Below, one piece after another: positions 10,156-19,713 of a DNA stretch of 20,000 nucleotides. The position numbers and the translations under genes were made by a program. Within the stretch, counting starts at the first letter, position 1. Each line of letters opens with the position of its first letter. A model generated the notes under the pieces. That model saw only the letters and a list, made by a program, of their open reading frames with translations. It did not search any database and had not been told where the DNA came from. Source of the stretch: Asterionella formosa (lineage: Eukaryota); contig NKIB01012981.1 in the NCBI GenBank assembly GCA_002256025.1, forward strand, positions 46,399-66,398, read 5' to 3'.

Positions 10156-11139
10156 CATACGTGCCCTGCAGATATGTATCGGTAAAGCCACTGGTACTAA
10201 GTCTTTCCATCAAAGAACATACCAGTGCACGCTCGATTTTCGTGATATATGGGGCGAGCAACACCGGATAGGTTGGTACATAACATTTTCAACATGAATT
10301 CTTGTGTTTGGTCCTCCGATTGGTCCCCTCTCTCCCTCAGTTAAGTAGAATTGCTACTTAACCTCCTGAACATAAAATCAATTTTAATCCACATGACCCT
10401 GTTCATTCAATCAAAAAACCCAAACTTAGCTACCTGGGTCAAAACCCAGCACTTTAGGTGAAGGGTGAAGTTGTTGCGTCAGTTGTTAAGAAGGGTAGTT
10501 TACGTGCAAATAAATAAGACAAGAATATAGGAACCGACTAGTCTTATACTCCTCTGTCAATTTCAGACAGACAGCATTCATATTTGCTCTACTTATGACG
10601 ATATCCCCCTACCTGTCAGGGGTCTCTGGTGATGTAATATACTATTGCTTGATTTCAGAAGATTAAGTGCTGAGGCAGCCAAGCTTGCAACATGTGGCAT
10701 GTTTGTGAAGAGAATTTCCTTTATAGTGGCAATCACCTGATCACAATTATGTTTCTGCGGCTGCCCAGTCATATTTCTGCAGGAAAGCAAGGCAGATTTG
10801 TCACCATCCTCTAAATATTAGCATTGTTTTCAGTTGCCCTATGATGTAGATCCGTTTCTACTGGTAGCGGATTTTTTCCGGCTAGACTGAATTCAGTCGA
10901 ATATAATGGATTCAGTCTGTATTTTCAATCCATTGTCCCTTGTTCAATTCATCAAATATTTCATTTCTGAAAAGATTATCTGTATTTGCAGAGCAACTGT
11001 GGTAGGTTTCTGACTGGAGGAAGTATGCATAGGAATAAGTTTCTAGGTTTAAAATAAATTCAGTTACATAAAAAGCCTGTCTACCAAGATTATTGCAAAA
11101 TATCTGTGTGGCAAACCTGTAACCCATGGTGAGCTGCTC

Positions 11140-11409
11140 AGATGGATTGAATTATGGTGCAATGAAAATGGTGGAGGGAAACATGCGCCTTGATCATGAA
11201 TCCCAAAAGAGATTACATATACTGAGGTTTTCAACAGCAACTACAAATTTCGACATGCTGTTGATGACCATAGTAATGCAAAGCGGCATTCCTCAATCAG
11301 TTTGAAGGTGCTGGTATGGGCTATGAAATGGTGGCCAAATAAAATTTTAGCATTCCTCTTTTCAGTCACCGATGTTAATGCCATGCTGGCATATGACCAC
11401 TACTTGTAA
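11140..11409 (+). mobile_element. piggyBac-type transposase (DDE_Tnp_1_7) C-terminal relic
   Basis: 11209-11409 translates as EITYTEVFNSNYKFRHAVDDHSNAKRHSSISLKVLVWAMKWWPNKILAFLFSVTDVNAMLAYDHYL*. This matches the piggyBac third-Asp region (Y..RHAVDxxN..R ... KWW.++F..+..+...NA..+Y). An upstream NYGAM segment is in another frame. It is not in the ORF track. Confidence 0.8.
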
Positions 11410-12125
11410 GGAGGAGTTGTGAATTGTGGAATTTTTCATGTTGTGACTGGTACACAACTAAATATTAGTAGATCAAATTTCAATTCTTCTTCGTTAATAT
11501 GTAATCGGGGGCAAAGGTACCAGGTAATATTCATAGATGTATCTGAAGCTAAAGGAAATAACATTTAGGTTTCAAATATTGAGCCTCAAAGAGAGACTGA
11601 AATCAGCCTAATGAGCTGGAAAGAACCAGGTACATAATCTAATACATTTTCTCATCATCTACAATATACCCTGTTAAGTTCTCTACTGTCCACTGTATGG
11701 TGACGAGAATCCAAAAAACTAGACCCACCTTGTTTTTCAGTGCAATGGCCGACATCAAGCTGTTGTCAACTGGCATGTTTGCACCTGTCCAGTCTCCGTA
11801 CTAACTAATGTCTTGCAACTAAAATTGTTCTGTGCATACATGAAAGGACGAAAACATCGAATTGCGATTCTTTGAAAGCAATGTAACCCCCTGTATCGAC
11901 GAATGATATTTGTTTTATTCAGGAATTTAAATTTTTTCTTGCAGTCACCAGGACATTGATAGTAAAGAGAGGAATTGTGCCTCGGGTCTGATGTCGCAGG
12001 AGATGAAACGATGAATATCTGGACTCAGGCCAATGTATGTGTGACCAGAATCAATGAAGAAAGAGAGGGTAAATTTCTCAGCAAAGAGAAATTTGATCAA
12101 AGGTTCTGACGCAAGTGTTGGTGCA

Positions 12126-12986
12126 TCAGGTTTCTTGCAAATTGCATCGGATGCGCCTACCGAAGGATATCTTTTCAGGCACTGAGAGTACAGCTTTCGA
12201 TGAAAATGTTTCAGTCAAATCATCAACACTGTCAGTAGTATCATGAAGAAAGGCACATTTGCTGCCTCTAAAGCATCCTCCACTGGAACGAAAAAATCTG
12301 CAAGTAGTGATGGCTCGTTTTTCTTTCTGGTGCTGTCGTCGTCCCTGTTTCTTGGCTTCCTTGGATGGATCCGGCTCCATATTCATCCTTTGATCGTTGT
12401 CTACAGCAACATGCCGTGAATGTTTTTCAATCCATTTCATCTTTGCTGAATTTTTTTCTTTCTTCCTCGAATGAAACCTAAACCACTTGGGGTAATCATG
12501 AGCTTGCATAAGATGATAATGCCGCTCCTTGTCGCTCCCAAATCGACCCAGACAAGTCGTCACCAAGCATTTATAGCTACCTTGGTTACGCTCGAGAGAT
12601 GCTGCGAAAAAAGAATCATGCCTTTCTTCCAAATGGAAATCCAGCAGTCGATCGCATGGAAATATTTCGTGACAAATGTGACATTGAAAGACATGGGTAG
12701 TTTCGTAGTGTAATTCCCAGGCCGCCATGGACTGCAACACCGAGGAACAAAGCGGGCACCGATATTGTGGAGTTTTTTCACGACTTTCGTGATCAATTTC
12801 GTCGCTGATATCACTGTGTCCCATCAATTCATTATTTTCAGTGACAACAATGGCAATGGTTGCATCATCCTTGTGTGCAAGTCGGTCTCCCGGTAAAAAG
12901 AAGGCATCATTCATTTTTCTGCGTTTTCGAGTACATGGCGGATCGACTTTCCGTCCTCCCATGGAAGTACTTATGGTGGATTCCAT
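12126..12986 (-). CDS. ZNF511-like C2H2 zinc-finger protein with a C-terminal CCCH finger
   Basis: Three C2H2 fingers: CPLC..HYETTH, CHIC..FP..RLLDFHLEERHDSFF, YKCLVTTC..F..R..HL...HDYPKWFRF. The terminal VPEKISFGRR fits the ZNF511-family layout. An added C-x8-C-x5-C-x3-H finger (CRFFRSSGGCFRGSKCAFLH) is present. Start is uncertain: ATG 12986 chosen, frame open to 13106. Confidence 0.8.
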   Translation of the reverse strand: MESTISTSMGGRKVDPPCTRKRRKMNDAFFLPGDRLAHKDDATIAIVVTENNELMGHSDISDEIDHESREKTPQYRCPLCSSVLQSMAAWELHYETTHVFQCHICHEIFPCDRLLDFHLEERHDSFFAASLERNQGSYKCLVTTCLGRFGSDKERHYHLMQAHDYPKWFRFHSRKKEKNSAKMKWIEKHSRHVAVDNDQRMNMEPDPSKEAKKQGRRQHQKEKRAITTCRFFRSSGGCFRGSKCAFLHDTTDSVDDLTETFSSKAVLSVPEKISFGRRIRCNLQET

Positions 12987-13736
12987 GGTGCTTTGTTGAA
13001 GATCACAAGAGGCCGAGCCCACTGCAATGCTTTGAGCAACTGTGCAACCATGACATGAGAATAATATATTGGTGTGGTATATTTTTGCTCCGTGCGCATG
13101 AATCACGACGACAAGAAATCATCATAGGAAGAAAACTTTTCGACGCGTGACCGAGAGTCACGGTATATCATTACGGACTCCGGAGTACAAATTTACTGTA
13201 GCTATTTATTTCAAAAACACTACCGGAAGGATGGCTTGCTCAACTGGTTCATCAGTTACCAAGTCCTACCGGGATGTACCGTTAGTCGTATTCTGAAAAT
13301 CCGAGTCGTGTTCAGTGACTTATGCAACAAATCGTCATCGATCAATAACAGGATATGTTTCTTAAAAAGAATAAATGACATCGAACTCTGGCCTGTCTTA
13401 CCGGTTCATGGCAGGCATGAAACGAGTCATCGGGAGTGAGTTGAAGCTGAAGTACCCTAGGTCGTAGGTACCAGTACCAGGAACCTGGCACAGAATGTAG
13501 GGTGTACGACCACATACCGGTATACCGGAATGAGGATGTCCAGCAGCATACGACTTTCACCAATCATCACTCTATTGTTGATTGTTTGGGACATCCTGAC
13601 TCATTTCGTCGAACCAGCTTTGTCTGTGCTCCTCGTGTCTCGCGAAGTCTTTCACTGCGTCTCATTGGCTACTTTTCAAACTAAGAAGGAAACAATAGGA
13701 TAAAATTCCATCATTGTGAAGAATATAAGCCGAGAC

Positions 13737-14261
13737 ATGACGCAGGCATTTCAACGCGAAAAGGTCCCGGAAAATAAGGAGTTCCGAATGTCCACGAGAG
13801 AGAACTCCGAATACAAATGGAAAACAGGCAAAGTGGTTGGCGCTTTTGAAGTGTCAAGCCATCCCACCTTGGATCTCTTGGAGCCACTTAAACCGATGCT
13901 CGCATCGGCTCAGTATGCGGAAAAATGGTTAGAAGCTCAAGAATTGTGGAAATCTATGCATTTGCGAAAGTCATTCGTGGAGGCTGCAAAATCGGTTCCA
14001 GCTAAGACTTGCTGCTGCGGAATGATTACAGATGATAAGGAAACAATGAATGATATGGTACCATTTTTGAACAATACATGGGCCAAGGAGGCGAATAAAA
14101 AACTTGAAGACAAGGGGCTTTATGTGGACACCTATCTTTGGCGTTGGAGCAATATCTCGGGGGAGGCAAATACGATAATTATGCTTATTAGGTTCCACGA
14201 AATTCAAAACGATCCAGAAAAACTTAACAATGCTGTCGGATATTTAGGTGATTCGAGATAA
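13737..14261 (+). CDS. Hypothetical protein, 174 aa, CCCG motif; paralog of 17708-18223
   Basis: Clean ATG-to-TAA ORF. About 58 identities over ~143 aligned residues (~40%, manual) with the ORF at 17708. Confidence 0.85.
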   Translation: MTQAFQREKVPENKEFRMSTRENSEYKWKTGKVVGAFEVSSHPTLDLLEPLKPMLASAQYAEKWLEAQELWKSMHLRKSFVEAAKSVPAKTCCCGMITDDKETMNDMVPFLNNTWAKEANKKLEDKGLYVDTYLWRWSNISGEANTIIMLIRFHEIQNDPEKLNNAVGYLGDSR

Positions 14262-15196
14262 AGTGAATGGTCATGGATATCAGTCTGATATCATGGCCTG
14301 TCAAGTGCATATTTCTGTGGTGGCCTTTTCTCATACTCAATCAGCTCATTCCATATTGCTAAGTCCCTTCTATTATTGAGGCAGCATTGCTATCAGTATG
14401 ACCAAAAATTATGGAACACTATAGTTCTTTCAATGAGTTGATTAAAGCAGTTTCAATTGACTTTGAACAAATCTACTTCAAGCAATATCTTGCTCAAATT
14501 AATCTGTTTTGCTTAAAGTAATAAAGTCTTTTTTGTAGTCACATACCAGTGATTACTTGTGCATGATACATTAGTCATATTTATAAAATGCACTACCTGA
14601 TACTGATGGTCTAGACTACTTCGCAGGTTTGCCTACATCTATAGTCTACCTACCAGCCAGCCTAGAGTGTATAGGATCTGGCGAAAAACTAAGGCTAGAA
14701 ATTTCGGGGGAAATCACTTCATGAGAAGTTATATACTGATGCTATTTAAAGGTTACCTATGTATCTAAATTGCCTTCAGAGCTAGCCGACATTGAGCAAG
14801 CAATCATTGTCCAAGAAATCAGCAAAATCGGCTTTTTCAACTGTCTCCAAAACATCGGAATCAGAATCACTTAGTGCCGAAACATTATCATCCAAATAGG
14901 AGTCTTGTGATTCAATTTTAAGTCGCCAAACCTCCTGTACAAAAAACTCCATTGTAAGTGGCTGCATGCTGCATTATTTATATGCTGATTAGTTTTTGAG
15001 AATTACTTACCTCCAACCCAAGACCGCAGTTACCGAAATTTTTTTCTACCAATACTCTTACTCCAGGGAGTGAACACCAACACATCTTCCACTGCCCCAC
15101 CTCACTATGGTCCGTGGAGCGCAATAGCGCCAAATCTAGAAATAGGCTAGGATAATGGCGCTATAAAAATGATTGATATGTATAAGAATTACTTAC

Positions 15197-15587
15197 CTCC
15201 ATTTGATTGGCCTGGTCTGTGAGATCTTGCAAAACCATGCCGGCCACACTGGATACACATGTAACATTTTCTTGGGTGGCTGCTTGCCAGCACTACACGC
15301 ATACCAGTAGAATGCAGTTTGCCTTGAAAGAATGGGCAGAGTGTGTTGCTTTTCCTTTGATGATCATTTCTGCTCCAATGTTTGCATTTTTCATTTCTCG
15401 TTATGTCTTCTCTTGCCGCTGCCTCATGAATTTCTGTTAGCTAGCGCCACATCTGAGCCAAAAGTTTACCTGATTTGTTGTCTTTTACGCGCAATTTCCA
15501 ATGATTTTAAAATTTCTCAAATGGAATCATGTCATTGAAAATTGGCTCATTAAAAATTCTTAGTTCCTCCAGGGAATTTCGGCAACC
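15197..15587 (-). pseudogene. Decayed exon with a degenerate zinc-knuckle (probably transposon-derived)
   Basis: Bounded by acceptor-like TTGCTTAG and donor GGAG|GTAAGT. It reads GCRNSLEELRIFNEPIFNDMIPFEKF*NHWKLRVKDNKSGKLLAQMWR*LTEIHEAAAREDITRNEKCKHWSRNDHQRKSNTLCPF, with two in-frame stops and a C-x2-(W)-x4-H-x7-C motif. Confidence 0.45.
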
Positions 15588-15759
15588 CTAAGCAATATAT
15601 ATATTTCCTTGAGAATGACAGAAATGAATACATTTCAGTGTTTAGTTGTACTAATCGATCGAACCTAGTGAAATGGAGGTTCAAGGCAGTTTTTAACCAG
15701 GTACTGGTTGTGTATACTGGTGCATATACAAATGATACCACGGAATTAAACAAGCGAAA

Positions 15760-16560
15760 ACTAATTTGGGGTTAGCTGACAGATTATGTAAAAAATCAAT
15801 TCTACTTGAGTCAAGCTTTGTTTGACAAAGTATCGCCATGACAAAGAATAATAATTCACATGGAAAGAGAAATTCAATTTGGATCCAATGAGTATTCAAT
15901 CGAAAACAAACAGTTTGGTCAGGTTTGTGTCGACTTGTTCGAAAAGTGCCTACAAACAGTTTGTTGTACAGGATAATATATCATTATATGATGAATACTA
16001 GTGATGATTTCAATGGAAAGCAAAAATCGAGTTGGGTATACTGAAAGTTGAACCAAATAATATAATTTCTGTGTTGACTAGGTTGAAAACAGCTTTGTTG
16101 TGTTGGATAATCAAAGGGTCATATCATGAAAGATAATGATTTTATTCAAAGTGAGACTCGGTTTGGGTCTGCTGAGAGTTGAACCCAATGAGACAATTAT
16201 ATTTTCCTCGAATAATTAAAACTGCGAAAATGTTGTTTTGAGCACAATGAAAGACTTGCCTACAAATAGGTGAATACGAATGGGCCATAAAACATACTAT
16301 CCTTTTTGATTTGTAAGGTAGCTAATTTCATCTTCATGACGAAGTTTATTAGTTCATGAATTTGAAACCGAGATATGGTGTTGGTCCACTGACAGCCAGT
16401 TCAACTCAAGAAATATAATACAATTTGAGTTTATCCACTTGTCAAAACGAAAACCAACATAGCTGGTATTGAGATTTTGAGTCTATAATCATAACAAAGT
16501 AGATTAACACATGTGGAGAGTGAAAATGTATTCGGGTTGCTGATAGATTCATTAAAATCA
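15760..16560. repeat. Highly decayed array of ~131-133-bp units
   Basis: 15955-16087 aligns with 16088-16220 (AACAG.TTTGTTGT..GGATAAT..ATAT.ATGAA..TTGGGT.T.CTGA.AGTTGAACC.AAT). Related cores occur at ~15765, ~16380 and ~16531, and TGCCTACAAA at 15947 and 16257. Confidence 0.6.
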
Positions 16561-16969
16561 AATTCTAATTGAGTGGAGTTTTGTTCAAAGAAGAAGGGAA
16601 CAAAGTTAGAACAATAAGCTGTCAAACATGCATTAAACATGGTTGTACTGAGTATAGTCAAGTTCTGTGGGCATGAAAGAGGAAGGAAGGGAAAGATTTG
16701 TGAGAAAAGGAAATAATATAGTAGTAGCAAATCAAAAAATAAAGATAAAGAATAGTAAACATTTATTTTAATATTTTCAAAGATCATGCTTTACTACTTA
16801 TCTTGCTTAGCTTGTGCATTTCAACCTGCATCAACTATTCAATGACTTCCTGCAAGCAGGCGTACCGAGCGCAATAAGCATTCGCCAAAAAAATGATTAA
16901 TGTGGGCAGCCATCAAGTCTTGCAGCAATGAAATGATGGAGCAACGGCGCCATGGTGTGTAAGTGTGTT

Positions 16970-17130
16970 AATCGTGATGTATGTCTCAAAATTCTTTCAA
17001 ACACACTTGAACTCACGAAAAACTTATCCGTGTACACAAGAAAGGATTCCATAAATTAATTTAGCTTTTCGTGGGACGCTACCGTACTACGTTCTTACCA
17101 GGCAGCTACAGGACAATCGTACGAGAGAAC
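16970..17130 (+). mobile_element. Possible frameshifted PIF/Harbinger transposase relic
   Basis: Allowing frameshifts it reads ..TKTY-RVHKKGFHKLI*L..ATVLR-FLPGSYRTI. This resembles the Harbinger F..xYRM....F..L and LRFLAGGSY motifs, and the FEKTYRMSHRAFKKL segment of the ORF at 19345. Confidence 0.3.
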
Positions 17131-17707
17131 GCCGTGAAGGTGATCTTCACCATAACTTCAACCGAAAATCATTAGCTTCACCGTGTTCGTCTTGATGATT
17201 AACAGCTTGAACATTTTCTCAAATACCGGACGATTGTCCGGTGGAGGTACCTTATACACAGAATCCTAGTACTTTGTCCTGTAGAACTGAAGTGATGGGA
17301 AATTAATTTCTAATGATGCATGCCTATGTTCCCAGTACAGAATTGCAAGTACAACCTGGTACCAGGTACCATAACATGGAACAGGTACCTTTTTTACCAG
17401 GGACCACATTCCGTTAAGCAATTCATAGTAGACCTCATACATAGTCTACCATCTACCAACGGTGATAACGTAATATATATATACCATCTGGTATACCGGT
17501 ACCGGTATATGCGTACTATTATTATACATTTCATATCCATTTATATGTGAAGCTTGTTCCTTTCTGTCCTGTCGCTCGCATGTGCAGAATCATACGTAGT
17601 TTCAATAATGTACCAGTAATCTCAATCAATACTGACACAATCCTGAATTCTCAAACAGCTGAGACCGGAAATTGTTCACCTTTGCCAACGAACAAGACGA
17701 CGACAAG

Positions 17708-18223
17708 ATGACAAAGCCCACGTCAACGCCACACATAAACAGCAATCCATTTGCGCCCGAAGAAGAAGCTGAAGATGCGGCGCATCGGAAGGCAACAAGA
17801 GGCAGGTTCGACCATTTGTGGCGAACAAGCGACGTGATTGGAGTTCTCGAAGTTTGTTTTGAACCAGCATTCAACCTTGATGCACCATTGAACCCTGTGT
17901 TGAGTGATTCAAAACATGAGCACAAGTGGCACGATGTGAAAGACTTGTGGCGACATATGAAATTGCGAAGATCTTTTGTTACAGCTGCAAAAGCTATTCC
18001 ACCTGAGAAATGCTTCTGTGGATTGTTCACTGACGATGACAAAACTGCGCAAAAGCTGGTTGCAGAATTGAATGAAAGCTGGGTCAAGGAGGTGAACAAG
18101 GAACTCCAAGAAAATGGTATCTTTTTGGATTTCTTTCTTTGGACTTGCCCAACCAGCAAAGATGAAAAGGAGATCTCGAACATTATGTTGATTCGGTTTC
18201 ACGAACTTAATGGAACAATGTAA
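17708..18223 (+). CDS. Hypothetical protein, 171 aa, CFCG motif; paralog of 13737-14261
   Basis: Clean ORF. Shares KW..LW..M.LR.SFV.AAK..P...CxCG..TDD..T....V..LN..W.KE.NK.L...G...D..LW and IMLIRFHE with the upstream paralog. Confidence 0.85.
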   Translation: MTKPTSTPHINSNPFAPEEEAEDAAHRKATRGRFDHLWRTSDVIGVLEVCFEPAFNLDAPLNPVLSDSKHEHKWHDVKDLWRHMKLRRSFVTAAKAIPPEKCFCGLFTDDDKTAQKLVAELNESWVKEVNKELQENGIFLDFFLWTCPTSKDEKEISNIMLIRFHELNGTM

Positions 18224-19344
18224 CTCACGAACCAGAAGCATTTTTAAAGTGGATATGAAGCGATTGGAATCAACGTACACTTTATGAATTGAAACGTCTC
18301 TGAAGCACAAGCCCTTATGGTATATGATTGACGCCTGTTTAACATCGTGGGAACGTTGAAGTCTCAGATTGCAGTCCTTTTGTAGTCTAGATGGATCAAC
18401 TTATTTGTATTGAATGCTAGTTCAACTCTAGTACCACAGGTCATATGTTTATACGCTTCAACGTCGCCTTTGATTCGTGAATACTGCTGATGCAGAAGAT
18501 GCCCTCAATGACATCCCGATCTGTTCGCTGTTGAGAAGCTAGATAATGTTGGCAATACACAGATGCATTGTAAATAATTGTGCATGCAGTAACGCATTCG
18601 GACTGGTACCAGGTACCTGATATCGTAGCATTCCGGTATGTTGATAAGAAGCAAAGAAATTTCCGGTTTACGTTCATAGCATCATCTCCGTATACCCTTA
18701 TGTAAAAATCGTTTGGCTTTCAGCGAGCCAAGAAGATCGAAAAGCCCTCTCCGAGATATAGCGGTGGTTACTACGTCCCCGATACCATGTACCGGTACAA
18801 CCCAAAGATTGCGCCCCTGTACATAGGTATATTATTTATATATTCAAGAGCATGTTGTGTCCCGCGGGATCGAAATTTAAAAATTTGATTGCGACTACGA
18901 CAGCCTTATTACATGGTCCCCCCTCGGACCAGCATCGGTGGTGCTTGGAACCAGGTATCAGGTACTAGGCCACTCACTGACCGGGCATTCAGGATATGAG
19001 CACGATCTCTGATACAATGTGATGATACTGGGACTATGGCATGTCTAAAAGGGTCGTTCTTATCATTTTTTTTCGTGTATCACGGAATTTGAATTTTTTT
19101 GAAAATGTATCAGCAACGGTAATTCGATTTGAACTGAATTTCATTCATTCCAAAAGTGTCACTGTATCACTGATTTGTGATCACATTGTATCATGGAGTA
19201 ACATGAATCTTCAACGGCAACTGGCTGGCGAAGATCATGTGTATATCCCTCCGGAATATAATGATGGTCTTGATATCAAGCAACAACAAAATATAATTAC
19301 CGGGAAACTAAATATAATATTAAAAACACACATTTGCATGAATC

Positions 19345-19713
19345 ATGTCGTCGCCATTTGATTTACTTGATGATAATGATGATGACAGAAGTGATCTTGA
19401 TTTCTTCTTCCTCTGTCATTTAGCTAAGGAAGCAGAGGAAAAAGAACACTCATCCAAACGACAAAGGCGACGCTGTAAACGGCAGCTTCAGTCATCTGAA
19501 CGACGACGACAACGAAGGCACAAGTGGCACCATGAAAGAATCTCCTGGCAATCACATGTCGAGAAACTCAATCACGAGATTGCTTTCGAGAAGACATACA
19601 GAATGTCACACAGAGCATTCAAAAAACTCACCTCCATGCTGGAAATTCAGATTGCAGGGAATTATTCCAAATGTGGCACTTCTGAGCCCATAATTCCCGA
19701 AATTGCGTCTTAG
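19345..19713 (+). mobile_element. Truncated PIF/Harbinger (HARBI1-like) transposase, N-terminal part only
   Basis: An acidic N-terminus and Arg-rich stretch are followed by ERISWQSHVEKL..FEKTYRMSHRAFKKLTSML..IIPE, the typical Harbinger N-terminal motif order. The ORF stops before the DDE core; a +1 shift after IPE gives LRL. Confidence 0.7.

Noticed and set aside
18860..18990. Candidate left TIR of the Harbinger element (TCCCGCGGGA palindrome, GGTCC..GGACC hairpin, TAGGCCACTCAC)
   Set aside because: No matching inverted partner or TSD lies inside the window, so a boundary cannot be supported.
19041..19361. 106-aa ORF upstream of the Harbinger ORF
   Set aside because: AT-rich, no domain signal; likely transposon subterminal non-coding DNA.
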